Shown: positions 14,319 to 29,907 of the stretch, one piece after another
How positions within the stretch are numbered: position 1 is the stretch's first letter
Layout: each line of letters begins with the position of its first letter
From: the human T2T-CHM13v2.0 reference genome, Homo sapiens
Length of the DNA: 64,000 nt
Assembly (NCBI RefSeq): GCF_009914755.1
Contig: NC_060928.1
Strand: one strand, 5' to 3'
The notes under the pieces: generated by a model
Databases searched by the model: none
The model's input: the letters and a program-made list of their open reading frames with translations, nothing else
Told to the model about the DNA's origin: nothing
Translations under genes and position numbers: made by a program

Positions 14319-17300
14319 CTAATCATTGATTGATGGGCATTTGGGTTGGTTCCACGATTTTGTAATTGTGAACTGTGCTGCTATAAACAAGTGTGTGCAG
14401 GTATCTTTTTCAAATAATGACTTATTTTCCTCTGAGGTGACTCCCAGTAGTGGGATTGCTGGATCAAATGGTGGTTCTACTTTTAGCTCTTTAAGCAATC
14501 TCCACACTGTTTTCCACAGTGGCTGTACTAGTTTACATTCCCACAAGCAATGTAGAAGTGTTCCATGTTTACCACATCCACACCAACATCTATTGTTTTT
14601 TGATTTTTTGATTATGGCCATTCTTGCAGGAGTAAGGTGATATTGCATTGTGGTTTTGATTTTCATTTCCCTGATCATTAGTGAAGCTGAACATTTTTTC
14701 ATATGTTTGTTGGCTATTTGTATATCTTCTTTTGAGAATTGTCTGTTCATGTCCTTAGCCTACTTTTTGATGAGATTGTTTGTTTTTTTTTTCTTGCTGA
14801 TTTGCCTGAGTTTGTTGTAGATTCTGGATATTAGTACTTTGTCACATGTATAGATTGTGAAGATTTTCTCCCACTCTGTGGTTTGTCTGTTGACTCTGCT
14901 GACGGTTCCTTTTGCCATGCAAAAGCTCTTTAGTTTAATTAGGTCTCAACTATTTATCTTTGTTTTTATTGCATTTGCTTTTGGGTTTTTGATCATGAAA
15001 TCCTTGCCTAAGCCAATGTCTAGAAGGGTTTTTCCAATGTAATATTCTCGAATTTTTGTAGTTTCAGGTCTTAGATTTAAGTCCTTAATCCATCTGGATT
15101 TGATTTTTGTGTAAGGTGAGAGATGAGGATCCAGTTTCATTCTCCTACATGTGGCTAGACAATTATCTCACCATCATTTGTTGAATAGGGTGTCCTTTCT
15201 CCACTTTACGTTTTTGTTTGTTTTGTCAAAGATCAGTTGATTATAAGTATTTGGGTTTACTTCTGGGTTCTCTATTCTCTTCCATTGGTCTATGTGCCTA
15301 TTTTTATACCAGTACCATGCTGTTTTGGTGACTATGGCCTTATAGTATAGTTTGAAATCAGGCAATGTGATGCCTTCAGATTTGCTCTTTTTGCTTAGTC
15401 TTGCTTTGGCTATATGGGCCCTTTTTTGGTTCCAAGTGAATTTTAGAATTTTTTTTTTAATTCTGTGAAGAATTATGGTGATATATTCATGGCAATTTGT
15501 AGATTGCTTTTGGCAGTATAGTCATTTTCACAATATTGATTCTACCCATCCATAAGCATGAGATGGGTTTCCATTTGTTTGTGTCATCTATGTTTTCTTT
15601 CAGTAGTGTTTTGTAGTTTTCCTTGTAGAATTCTTATGCCTCCTTGGATAGCTATAATCCTAAGTATTCTACTTTTTTTGCTGCTATTGTTAAATGGGTT
15701 GAGTTCTTGATTTGATTCTCTGCTTGGTCGCTATTGGTGTATAGGAGAACTACTGATTTATGTACATTAATCTTGTATCCAGAAACTTTGCTGAAAACTT
15801 TTATCAGCTATAGGAGTTTTCTGGAGGAGTCTTTAGGGTTTTCTGGGTAAACAATCATATCATCAGCAAACAGTAACAGTTTGACTTCCTCTTTACCGAT
15901 TTGGATACCCTTTATTTCTTTCTCTTGTTGGATTGCTCTGGCTAGGACTTCCAGTACTATGTTGAAGATAAGTGGTGAGTGTGGGCATCCTTTTCTTGTT
16001 CCAGTTCTCAGAGGGAATGCCTTCAACTTTTCCCCATTCAGAGTTATGCTGGCTGTGGGTTTGTCATAGATGGCTTTTATTACATTGAGGTGTGTCCCTT
16101 TTATGCCAATTTTGCTGAGTTTTAATCATAAAGCAATGCTGGATTTTGTCAAATGCTTTTTCTATATCTATTGAGATGATCATGCAATTTTTTAAAAATT
16201 CTGTTCATGTGGTATATCACATTTATTGACTTGCATATGTTAAACCACCCCTGTATCCCTGTTATAAAACCCACATAATCATGGTGGGTTATCTTTCTGT
16301 TATATTGTTGGATTCGGTTAGCTAGTATTTTGTTAAGGATTTTAGCAACTATGTTTATCAGGGATATCAGTCTGTAGTTTTCTTTTTTGGTTATGTCCTT
16401 TCCTGATTTTGGTATTAGGATGATGCTGGCTTCATAGAAAGAATTAAAGAGGGTTCCCTCTTTCTCTCTCTTGTGGAATAGTGTCAATAGGATTGGTACC
16501 AATTCTTCTTTGAATATCTAGTAGAATTCTGCTGTGAATCCGTCTGGCTATAAAGTTTTTTTGTTGGTAATTTTTAAATTACTATTTCAATCTCTCTGTT
16601 TGTTATTGGTCTGTTTAGGGTGTCTATTTCTTCGTGATTTAAACTAGGAGGGTTGTATTTTCCCAGGAATTTATCCATCTCTTCTAGGTTTTCAACTTTA
16701 TATGCATAAAAGTGTTTATAGAAGCCTTAAATGATCTTTTGTATTTCTGTGGTGTCAGTTGTAATATCTCTCATTTCATATCTTATTGAGATTATTTGGA
16801 TTTTCTCTCTTCTTTTCTTGCTTAATCTTGCTAATGGTCTATCAATTTTGTTTATCTTTTCAAAGAACCAGCTTTTTGTTTCATTTACCTTTTGTATTTT
16901 TTTGGTTTTAATTTCATTTAGTTATGCTCTGATCTTGATTATTTCCTTTCTTCTGCTGGGTTTGGGTTTGGTTTGTTCTTGTTTCTCTAGTTTCTTGAGG
17001 TGTGACCTCAGAATGTCAGTTTGTGCTCTTTCAGTCTTTTTGATGTAGGCATTTCGGGTTATGAGCTTTTCTCTTGGCATTGCCTTTGCTATATCCCAGA
17101 GGTTTTGATAGGTTATGTCACTACTGTCATTCAGTTTGAATAATTTTTTAATATCCATTTTGATTTCATTTTTGACCCAATGATCATTCAGGAGCAAATT
17201 CTTTAATTTCCATGTATTTGCATGGTTTTGAAGGTTCCTTTTGTAGTTGATTTCCAGTTTTCTTCCACCGTGGTCTGAGAAAATGCTTGATATAGTTTCA

Positions 17301-17960
17301 ATTTTCTTAAATTTATTGAGGCTCATTTTATGGCCTATCATATGATCCATCTTGGAGATATTTCCAGCACTGTTGAGTAGAATGTGTATTCTGCAGTTGT
17401 TAGATGGAATGTTCTGTATGTATCTATTAAGTTGATTTCTCCAAGGTATAGTTTAAATCCATTGTTTCTTTGTTGACTTTCTGTCTTGATGACCTGTCTA
17501 GTGCTGTCAGTGGAGTATTGAAGTCCCTCACTATTATTGTGTTGCTGTCTATATCATTTCTTAAGTCTATTAGTAATTGTTTTATAAATTTGAGAGCGCC
17601 AATATTAAGTGCATATATGTATAGGATTGTGATATTTTCCTGTTGGAAAAGACCCTTTACCACTATGTAATGTCCCTCTTTGTCTGTTTAAACAGCTGTT
17701 GCTTTAAAGTTTGTTTTGTCTGATATAAGAATAGATACCCCTGCTCACATTTGGTGTTCATTTGCATGGAATACCTTTTCCCACCCCTTTCTTTTAAGTT
17801 TATATGAGTCTTTATGTGTTAGGTGAGTCTACAGAAGGCAGCAGATAGTTGGATGGTGAAACCTTATCAATTTCGCAGTTCTGTATCTTTTAAATAGAGA
17901 ATTTAGGCCATTTGCATTCAATGTTAGTATTGAGATGTTAGGTACCATTCCATTCATTGC
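14319..17960 (-). pseudogene. Disrupted L1 ORF2 (endonuclease/reverse transcriptase/C-terminal domain)
   Basis: Fragments IVRDFNTPLTALDRSSRQK (EN), [10 protein letters not shown] (RT), [15 protein letters not shown] (Cys domain), split by frameshifts; 5' limit approximate. Confidence 0.88.
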
Positions 17961-18039
17961 GCTATTTGTTGCCTGTATACCTTGTTTTTGTTTTTGCTTT
18001 TTAAATTGTATTCTGTTTTATAGGTCCTGTGAGATTTAT

Positions 18040-19054
18040 GCTTTAAAGAGGTTCTGTTTTGATGTGTTTCCAGGATTTGTTTCAAGATTTAGAGCTTCTT
18101 TTAGCAGTTCTTGTAGTGGTGGTTTGGTAGTGGTGAATTCTCTCAGCATTTGTCTGAGAAAGACTGTATCTTTCCTTCATATATGATGCTTAATTTCGCT
18201 GGATACAAAATTGTTGGCTGATAATTGTTTTGTTTGAGGAGGCTGAAGATAGGGCCCCAGTCCCTTCTAGCTTTTAGGGCTTCTGCTGAGAAATCTGCTG
18301 TTAATCTGATAGGTTTTCCTTTATAGGTTACCTGGTGCTTTTTTCTCACAGTTCTTAAGATTCTTTCCTTCATCTTAACTTTAGATATCCTGATGACAAT
18401 GTGCTGAGGTGATGATCTGTTGTGGTGAATTTCCCAGGTATTCTTTGTGCTTCTTGTATCTGGATGTCTAATTCTCTAGCTAGGCCAGGGAAGTTTTCCT
18501 CAATTATTCCCCCAAATATGTATTCCAAACTTTTAGACTTCTCTTCTTCCTCAGGAGCACCAATGATTCTTAGGATTGGTTGTTTAACATAATCCCAGAC
18601 TTCCTGGAGGCTTTGTTCATATTTTCTTATTCTTTTTCCTTTGTCTGTGTTGGACTGGGTTAATTCAAAGACCTTGTCTTCAAGCTCTGAATTTCTTTCT
18701 TCTACTTGTTCAATTCTACTGCTGAGAATTTCCCAGAGCATTTTGCATTTCTATAAATGTATCCAATGTTTTCTGAAGTTTTGATTGTTTTTTCATTATG
18801 CTATTTATTTCCTTGAATGTTTATCCCTTCATTTCTTGTATCGGTTTTTGGATTTCCTTGCATTGGGCTTTGCCTTTCTCAGATGCCTCTCTGATTAGCT
18901 TAATAACTAACCTCCCGAATTCTTTTTCAGGTAAATCAGGGATTTCTTCTTGGTTTGGATCCATTGCTGCGTGAGCTACTGTGATTTTTTTGGGGTGTAT
19001 TAAAGAGTCTTGTTTTGTCATATTGCCAGAGTTGGTTTTATGGCTTCTTCTCAT
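18040..19054 (-). pseudogene. Disrupted L1 ORF1
   Basis: Fragments DLPEKEFGRLVIKLI, RIEQVEERNSELED, ENFPGLARELDIQIQEAQRIP, VTYKGKPIRLTADFSAEAL; 3' limit approximate. Confidence 0.88.
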
Positions 19055-20599
19055 TTAGGTAGGCACTGTCAGAGGGAAGGCCTAGGACTGAAGGCTGTTG
19101 TTCGGATTTTTTTGTCCCACGGGGTGTTCACTTGATAGAATACTCTCCCCCTTCTCCTATGGATGTGGCTTCCTGAGAGCCGAGCTATAGAGGTTGTTAT
19201 CTCTCTTCTGGGTCTAGCCACCCAGTGAGTCTACCAGGCTCCGGGCTGGTACTAGGGGTTGTCTGCATAGAGTCCTGTGATGTGAACCATCTATGGGTCT
19301 CTCAGCCACAGATACCAGCACCTGTTCCGGTGGAGGTGGCAGGGGGGTGAAATGGACTCTGTGAGGGTTCTTAGCTTTGGTGGTTTAATACTCTACTTTT
19401 GTGCTGGTTGGCCTCCTGCCAGGAGGTGGCACTTTCCAGACAGCATCAGCTGTGGTAGTATGGAGAAGAAATGGAGGTGGTTGGGGCCCTAGAACTCTCA
19501 AGAGTATATGCCCTTTTTCTTCAGCTACCAGAGTGGGTAGGGAAGAGCCATCAGATGGGGGCAAGGCTAGGTGTGTCTGAGTTCAGACTCTCCTTGGGCA
19601 GGTCTTGCTGCAGCTGCTGCGGGGAATGGGGATGAGGTTCCCAGGTCAAAGAAGTTGTGTACCTAGGAGGATTGTGGCTGCCTTTGGTGAGTCATGCAGG
19701 TTGTCAGGAAAGTTGGGGAAAGCCGGCAGTCGCAAGCTTCACCCAGCTCCCACGCAATCTGAAGGGCTGGTCTCACTCCCTTCATGCCCTGGCTAACAGC
19801 AGCAAGTCTGTTTCAAGGCAGTGGACAAGCAGAGCTGAGACCTTGCTCCAGGCTACCCACCTCCCAGCTGTGAAAGGAAAGGGCTTTAGTTCTTCCCCCA
19901 CCTGTGGAGTCTGCATGCCAGACTCATGCCCTCCTCAGAGTTCTGGCCAAGAGGCTTCTCCACCAGTTCAAATTGTTACAAAGTTCAGCTGGAGACTTCC
20001 TTCTCCCTGTGCCATTTTTCCCTGTGCCACTGGCCACCCTCCCAAAGGATCTCTTTGATGCCAGGCAGAAATGGCCTGCTTGGGGACCCAGCAAGCTCCC
20101 AGGGCCTGTCCTGCTGCTTCCTCTACCCCTGTATTTTGCTCAGCTGTCTAAATTGATTCAGCTTCAGATAAGGTCGGAATCTTCTCCCACTAACTAGACC
20201 TTCAGTCTCCCCAGTGGGGGTATGTGTTTGGGGGTGGAGGATCTCCCTGCCCCACTTCCGCAGTTTGGGCACCCACAGTACATGGGGTGTCTCCTGGGTC
20301 CTGAAGGAGAAGTCCGCTTCCTTCAGAGAGTCTGTAGGTCCTCTCGGGATTCCTGATTTATTCCTGCAGTCGTTCTGGAGCTAAAATTCACGATGCAAGC
20401 CTCTGCACAGTGCTCTGTCTGAGTTGGAGCTGCAGCCTTGCCCTGCCTCCTCTCTGCCATGATGAACCACATGTAATACTGTTTGGCAACATTTGACCCA
20501 TAGCACGGTATAACTTTTTTCCAGATTGGAGTCAATACTCTCAAATCCTGTTGCTGCTTTATTACCTAAGTTTATCTAATATTCTAAATCATTTGTTGT

Positions 20600-22110
20600 C
20601 ATTTCAACAATGTTCATGGCCTCTTCACAAGGAGTAGATTCCACCTCAAGAAACCACTTTATTTGCTTATCCATAAGAAGCAACTCCTCATTCATTAAGT
20701 TTTGTCATGAGAGTGCAGCAATTCCGTCACATCATCAGGTTTCACTTCTAGGTCTCTTGCTACTTCCACCACATATGTGGTTACTTCCACCACATATGTG
20801 GTTACTTCCTTCATTGAAGTCTTGAATTTCTCAAAGTCATTCATGATGGTTGGAATGAACTTCTTCAAAACTCTTGTTAATGTTGATATTTTGGCTTTCT
20901 CCCATAAATTGTGAGTGTTCTTAATAAAATCTAGAATGATGAATCCTTTCCAGAAGATTTTTAATTTGATCAGAGGAATCACTCTCTATGACAGGTATAG
21001 CCTCATGAAATGTATTTATGAAATAGTAAGACTTGAAATTCAAACTTAATTCTTGATCTGACATACTGCAGAATCAATGTTGTGTTAGCAGGCATGAGAA
21101 CAACATTAATCTCCTTGTACAACTTCACCAGAGCTCTTGGGTAATTAGATACATAGTCAATAAGCAGTAATATTTGAAAGGACCTTTTTTTTTTCTGTGC
21201 AGTAGGTTTCAAGGGTGGGTTTAAAATATTTAGTAAACTATGCTGTAAACAGATGTGTTGTTATCCTGTCTTTGTTGTTTCATTTATACAGCACAGGTAG
21301 AATAAATGTAAGGGTTCTAAAAAGCTGGGCACAATGGTGCATACCTCTAGTCCCAGCTACTCGGGAGGCTGAGATAGGAGGATTGCTTGAGCCCAGGAAT
21401 TTGAGAACAGCCTGGACAACATAGGAAGACCTACTGTTAAAAATAACAAATGAATAAATGAATGCATAAATAAATAAAAGTCCCTAGGATATTAACAATA
21501 GTAAATGAGCATTGGCTTCATCTTGAAGTCTCCAACTGCATTATCCCCTAACAAATATGTCAGCCTTGTTAATTAAACTTTTGAGGGTTTGAAGCCAGGA
21601 ATCGACTTCTCTGTAGCAATAAAAGTCCTAGACGACATCTTTTGTCAATAGAATGCTGTTACATCTGCATTGAAAATCTGTTGTTCGGTGCAGCCACCTT
21701 CATCAGTGATTTTAAATAGATCTACTAGCTTCAAAGTTGTCTTCTGTGGCTTTCTCACCTCTCTCAGCCTTCATAGAATTGAAGAGAATTAGGGCTTTGC
21801 TCTGGGTTAGGCTTTAGCTTAAGGGAATATTGTGGCTAGTTTAATCTTCCATCTACACCAATAAACTGTCTCCCTGCCAGCAATAAGGCTGTTGCATTTA
21901 TTTGTCATTTGTGTGTTCAGTGGAGTAGCACTTTTAATTTCCTCCAAGAACTCTTCCTTTGCATTTGCAGCTTGGCTAACTGTTTGATACAAGAGGCCTA
22001 GGTTGCAGCCCATCTCAATTTTCAACATGCCTTCCTCACTCAGCTTAATCATTTCTAGCTTTTGATTTACAGCGAGAGAGGTGGGATTGTTCTCTCCACT
22101 TGAAAACTTA
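20600..22110 (-). pseudogene. Disrupted Tigger1 (pogo-family) transposase
   Basis: HTH-region fragment KLEMIKLSEEG and DDE-region fragments [31 protein letters not shown]; frameshifted and interrupted by FLAM. Confidence 0.8.
21323..21479 (+). mobile_element. FLAM_A-like Alu monomer
   Basis: Single monomer gctgggcacaatggtg...tagtcccagctactcgggaggctgag...cagcctggacaacatag followed by an A-rich tail. Confidence 0.8.
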
Positions 22111-25100
22111 GAGGCCAGTGTAGAATTATTAATTAGAATTATTTTAATATTGTTGTGCCTCAGAAAATAGAGAGGCCCAAGGAGAGGGGGAGAGATGGGA
22201 GAATGGCCTGTCAGTGGAGCAGTTAGAATGTACACAATATTTATGGATTTGTTTTCTTACATGGGTGTGGTTCGTGGTGCCTCCCTAAATAATTAAAATA
22301 GTATCATCAGAAATCATTGATAACAGATATGATAATAATGAAAAAGTTTGAAACATTCTGAGAATTACCAAAATGTGACACAGAGACATGAAGTGAGCAC
22401 ATGCTGCTGGAAAAAAAAAAAAAATGACAATGATAGACTTGCTTGATGCAGGGTTGCCACAAACCTTCAATTTGTAAAAACTGCAATATCTACAAAGCAC
22501 AATAAAGCAAAGAGCATTGAAATGAGGTATGCCTTTACTGTGTGATTCTACTCATATAAGGTAGCTAAAATAGTCAAAATCATAGAAACCAAAGGTAGGA
22601 TGTGGAATACCAGGAACAGGAGGGAGGGAGAAAGTGGATTTGCTCTTTAATTGGTATGGAGCTTTAGATTTGCAGGATGGAAAAGTTTTGGAAATCTGTT
22701 TTGCAAGAGTATCCATACACTTAACAACACTACTCAACTGCACATTTAAAATGGTTAAGATGGTAAGTTTTATGTCATATGTGTTTTACCGCAATAAAAA
22801 AATCTGCTCCATTCCACATAGACTAAGAAGTACTAATATTATAATGGAGGCTCTGGCTATAACCATATTGGTTCTAGGCCAAGACTGGCTGACCATATGC
22901 AAATGTTCTCTATAGTTTTGAATTAAATTTAGATAAGAAGGAGGAATTTATTCTTGGATTTATATACTTAAATATAGCCTCAGGAGTCACCTCTTATTAT
23001 GTGTTCTTCAATCAATTCTGAATTTTTTAAATTACTTAAACACACTGATTTAGGTATTAGAGATCCAACGTTTTGCTTTACCCACAGGAGATGTTGAATT
23101 TTATAAATGCATACACAAAAAAGTTGAGAGACGTTTATTTTTTAAATTGACATTTTCTCATGTTGAAGTTGTGAAACAACTCAATAAAATCATTGTAAAT
23201 CCTTAGGCTAAGGTGGAAACTTAAAAGGCTCATGCTTAAAAAACCTGAGGGAATCTAAGAATCAAGACTGCTCAGAAAAACAAGTAGACATAGAATTGAA
23301 AAATGTGCTTCACATTAAACATCTTACTCATAAAGTTTTATTTTAAAAGAGAAACTGTGAGTGAATTAAAACAAATAAAGAATGATAAGTTGTTTAAATG
23401 GGAGGAAGCAGTTATCTCAGAAGAAAATTGATGAATTAGAGGATAGAAATTTTGGAAATTTAGAGAATGAACTTTAAGGGCCTGGATAGAAAAATAAAAA
23501 GGGGAGAAGAGGAAGCCAGGTCCAGATGTTCTTGAAGAACTTAAAAGAAAAGGAGAGAACTCTTCTAAGCATTACTGGATCAAAATTGGTGATGGGGCTC
23601 AACAAAGGCAAGGTCATTAGAGACCTAACAATGACTCTACTAAGTGAAATCAGGAACTAGAAAATTCTAAAGCAGTGCTTCACAACCTTTTTCAGATTAT
23701 GGCACATGATATTTTTGTAGCACATTCAGACAAATGGACAAAGCTTCTCATATCAGACGTGACAAATCTAGGAACTCTAGTTACCTCTAACCTTTCCCAT
23801 CTACCCCAGTACCTAAAGGGATCAAATCTAGGCTTTGTGCCGTCCATTTTACCTTATGATTGCCACAATTTCATCAGTTGTTTACAGAACATCTGAGTAG
23901 ATTTATGAGGGAAGATGGGATAATTATCGCAAAACAAAGATTAATTGGTAAGTTCCAACTAGATACAGTTGTAGGTGAAGTATATATTGTAGGTGTGACT
24001 GTGTGTATCATGCTCAGGACATCTATGGATTTAGGATTCTAAAGGAAAGTATAAATAAAATGAGGCATTCTCAAGTGGAGCCAGGGAGAATAATTATTTA
24101 TAGATTCCAGACAAGGGAATGATGTCGCTGCATGGAGAGTTTATTGTCTGGGTGGAGGCAAAGATGGGCAAGATTGTCAGAACAATGTTCTGCATTTGGC
24201 AGGCCCAGAATCATTGATTTTATATATTTCCCTGCAGGAAATAAAAGCTAGAGGCATATGGTAGGAAAGAAAACATCTGAGCCAACAAGCAAAGGGTAAG
24301 TAAAAGAAACAAATTTTCAGATTCAACAGCAGTGTCAGCTCTCTCTGTGTTAAATCAAGAGATCAAATTAAAAAACAAACTTAACTATTAGATGCTTATG
24401 GGTCTACAGCAGAAACGGAAGAGGGACACAGTCCAGGTAGAGAAAACATTAAGTATATCCCACAACGGAAAAAAATCCATTATTTCCATAGAAATAAATC
24501 CATTAAGATTGAGAATATTCAAACTTGAGAAAAATAATATCTTGAGAAATAAATGTCAAAAATATTGGTCTTAATTAGCCCCTAAGGGCACAGGCTTCTG
24601 AAACACCAGTAGAAGTCACAACAGTTGAAGCAGCTGGTGGGAATTTCCAGTTGTCATAGATATGCGTGCTATGAGAATCTTCTCTGAACATCATGTTTCA
24701 TAGGCCTATGTGATCCCATCACCACAATAACTGAGGCCAAGGACTCACACAAAGAAATGAATTTTCTACTGCGAAAGAAGCCCCCTGAAACAAAGGTTTA
24801 AAGCAGGAATGAAAGTTAGGAGGTTTTGGACATTCAATTTTTAAAATGGCACCTTGAGTAAACAAGATGGTGGGATTCAGATCCTGGGATTCTGAAGCCT
24901 GGCTTCAGAAAATCCATCCAGCAGCTACCCACAGACAAGAACACCTTTGTAAAAATTCCAAAACCTGGAAATGAGACTAAGACACTGAGAAATGAGACTA
25001 AGCATGGACACCGTAGAAACTGAACATAAAAACAAAAACAAACAAGCAAAAAAACACAGATGAATAAAAGGAACAGCCTCACTTTGACTATATTGCCCCT

Positions 25101-26125
25101 TCTCCAACTTGGCACTGCACCACATATCAAGCATTCACCATGGTTTCTACACTGGGAAAAGAGAACCCAAGGCAGACATCTAACATTGCCTACATTCTGT
25201 GGCACTTCCTAAGATGCCCATTCCTGTCTCACATCAAAATAAATACTGGGGATAACAACAGGAATAGACTGCCTGAGGTCAGCTAGAAACAAAGAAAAAG
25301 GTCAGGGCACAGAGAAACCATCATGCACATCTTTGTGGCAGCTCTAAGTTCCTGCCAGCAGTGGTGCCCTATCAAAAATATCAGTGAATGACATAACCTA
25401 GTCACAAAACTCAGTTGGTTGCTCCAAGAAGTACAGTGAAGTCTACGTGGTATGATTCTCTATTCAGCCAGCCACCCTGTCTACCCTCAGAAACCACCTC
25501 AAAGTTCCATCCAGGCTGAGAGATACCTGCCACTGCACACCACTGTGGAACAGAGGCATTGACCCTGACCAACCCAGGAGTTCAAACAGTGACTTTGTTC
25601 AACCTCAGAGCTTCCCTCAAGGCTCTGCCCAGGCAGGGAAGACCCCCACAGCTGTGAATTTCTGAAGAACATAGGCGCTGGCCCTGCCCAGCCCAGGAGT
25701 CCAATAAGTGACTTGACCCAGCCTCAAAGCTCAACCCAACACTCTGCTCAGACAGGAAGGCAAGCCTCAACTATGCCGTTACTATGCAGCATAGACACCC
25801 ATCCCAAGTTGCAACCCCACCTGACCTGGGAGTTCAGTCTGCAGCCCTTCCTAATTGAAGATTCAAAACAACAGTACCATCTGGCCAGGTAATACAGCCT
25901 GTGACCCTGCTTGATCCAAGGCAATTTAAGTGCCCAGCCAGCAGCTCTGTCTTACTGCAGAGTTTAGCCATGGTCTCACTGGATAGCAGAGACAAGGAAG
26001 CAGCCCCATCTGACCTCAGAACAAAGGCAGTGGCTCAGTCCAACTAGAGAGCCTGACAGCAAGATCTGCCTGCCTGTGGCTTTTACCAAGTGGCTTATCT
26101 TTAATGCCAGACTAGACTAAATATG

Positions 26126-27117
<992 letters not shown>

Positions 27118-28045
27118 TTAAATAGTTACATTTCTTCCTTGCCAAAGAACACCTTTGAAGGCTGGCAGAAGTGATCTATTTTTCTCAAATGTGCAGACAC
27201 TAAGGCAAAGACCAGTGATTATGAAGAATCAGGGAATTATGATACCCCTTAAAGAAAACTAATAAAGCTCTAATCACGGACCTTAAAGAAATAGAGACCT
27301 ATAAAATGACTGATAAGAATTCAGAATAATTCTTTTAAATAAGTTCAGTGAACAACAAGAAAATACAAATAGAAAACAAAATAAAATCTGAAATTTGATG
27401 TAGAAATAAAATGAGAAGTTTGACAAAGAATTAGAAACAATTGAAAAATATCCTAGAAATGGAAAGTACAGTGACAGAAATAAAAAAATTAATAAAAATC
27501 TTCAACAGCACACCCAATCAAGAAGAAAGAATCAGTGAGCTCAATGACATTATATTTGAAATTATTCTGTCAGAGCAGCAAAAAGAAAAAAATGAGAAGA
27601 ATAAAGAAAGCCTACAGGAATTATGGGACACCATCAAAGAACTAACTTTAGCACAGTAGAAGTTTCAGAAAGGCTAGACAGAGAAAAAAGACCGGAAAGC
27701 CTATTTAAAGAAATAATGGCTGAAATCTTCCCCAATCTGGGGAAAGATACCAACTTCCATGTGCATGTGTTCCAAGTGCACATGATTTGTTTGAAGAGGT
27801 CTCCAAACAAATCAGACCCAAAGTGGAGTTCACCAAAACACATCATAATCAAACTATCCATAATCAAAGACAAAGAAAAAATTCTGAAATCAGCAAGTAA
27901 GACGACACATATTACATATAAGGGAGTTCTAATATGGCTATCAATATACTTCTCAGCAGAAATCCAGCAGGCTTGGAGAGAATGAGATAATATATACAAA
28001 GTAGCAGAAGAATAAAAACTGCCAACCAATAATACTTTACCCTGA

Positions 28046-28412
28046 TATCTTTGTGCTGCTGTAACAAAATACCTGAGAATGGGTAGTTTATAAAAACAGA
28101 AATTAATTTTCTCAAAGTTCTGAAGGCAGGGATTCCAAGGTTAAGGTACTAGCACCTGCTGAGGGCCTTCTTGTTGCATCCTCATATGGCAGAAGATAGA
28201 AGGGCAAAGGGACAAATGCTGTGTCCTCACATGGCAGAAAACCAAAAGAGCAAACTAGCCAAATGCTGTGTAAAGCTTTTAAAATAAACGTATTAATCCC
28301 ATTCAAGAGGAAGAGGCTTTCATGGTCTTATCACCACTTAAAGGTACCACCTCTTAACACTATCTAATTATGAACACCTGGATTTCAGATGGGGTACATT
28401 CAAAACATAGCA
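28046..28412 (-). mobile_element. MST (MSTC/MSTD-like) MaLR solo LTR inserted in L1M ORF1
   Basis: tgtgctgctgtaacaaaatacctgaga...cctcacatggcagaa...acattcaaaacatagca; L1 ORF1 resumes afterwards. Confidence 0.8.
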
Positions 28413-29907
28413 CCGGGCAAATCTGTTCTTCAGGAATAAGGGAGAAACAGAAATTTTCCCAGACAAACAAAAGCTAATAGAATTTATCACAACTAGCTCC
28501 ACCTAATAAAAAATGCTAAAGGGAGTTCTTTAAGCTGAAACAAAAGACTGATAAATAATAACATAAAACAGACAAAAGTACAAAACTCAATGGTTTAAGT
28601 CATATGTAGTCATATTTAGAATACTCTAATGCTGTAACTGTGGTGTGTAAATCAACTTTATCTCTAGGATTACAGTTCAAAAACAAAATAGCTATAATAA
28701 TTTGTTAAAAAACCCAAGTTGCAAAAATACATAAATTTTGACATCAAAATTATAAAATATGGGTGGCAAACAGTAAACCTGTAGAGTTTTTTATGTGATC
28801 AAATTTAAGTTGTTATCAGCTTAAAATACACTGTGAGATATTTTATGTAAGCCCAATGGTAACCACAAAGCAACAATCTATAGTAGATAAATTAAACAGA
28901 AAAAGAGTGGAATTAAAGTTCACCATTGCAGAAAACTATAAGCCACAAAGGAATATAGCAAGAAGAAAGAAAAAAAATCACAATCAGAAAAAAAATAAAA
29001 AATGGCAGTAGTAAGTTTTTATTTATCAATAATTATTTTGAATGTAAATGAATGAAATTTTCTATTCAAAAGGCACAGAGTGTCTGAATAAATTAAAAAA
29101 CAAGTCCCAAACTATAGTTTCCCTACAAGAGATGCACTTTACATTTAAGAACACACATACACTGAAAGTGAAGGGATGAAAAAATATATTCCATATAAAT
29201 AAAAATCAAAAGAGAACAGTAGTAGTAACATTTATATGCAATAAAATGGCATTTAACTCATGAATGGTGTAAAAAGAAGGTCATTATATCAGGATAAAGG
29301 GGTCAATTCATCAATAGGATATAATGATTATAAATATATATAACCTAACACTTGAGCACCTAAATATATAAAGCAAATATTAATAGATATGAAGAGAGAG
29401 ATTGCAATATGATAATAGTAGAAGACTTTAATACCTCATTTCCAACTATAGACAGATCATCCAGAAAAACAATCAATAAAGAAACATTAGAATGTAATTA
29501 CATTTTACATAAAATGGCAAACATTTTATATGTCTGTTAGCAAGAGCATACACATCTTCTCAAGCACATAAGGAAAATTCTCCAGGATAGATGATGTGTT
29601 AGTCCACAAAACATGTCATAACAAATTTAAGAAAACTGAAATCATATCAAGTATCTTTTCTCATCACAATAGTTCAAAACTGGAAATAAAAATAGGAGAA
29701 ATCTTGAAAAATTCACAAATATGTGGAAATTAAACAACATCCTCCTGAGCAACCAATGGGTCAAATAAGAAATCAAAAGGAAAATCAAAAACCTATTGAG
29801 ACAAATAAAAATGAAAATACAGTATACCAAAATTTATGGGATACAACAAAAGGAGTTCTAACAGGGACATTTATAGCAATAAACACCTACATAAATAAAG
29901 AAGAAAG

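Noticed and set aside
19605-20197. Plus-strand ORFs antisense to the L1 5' UTR as ORF0-like
   Set aside because: ORF0 is described for young L1PA 5' UTRs. This is an L1PB-type UTR, and the ORFs are explained by higher GC content.
21819-22235. TIGD1-like gene
   Set aside because: Only a fragment of a decayed Tigger1 transposase, with stops, frameshifts and a FLAM insertion.
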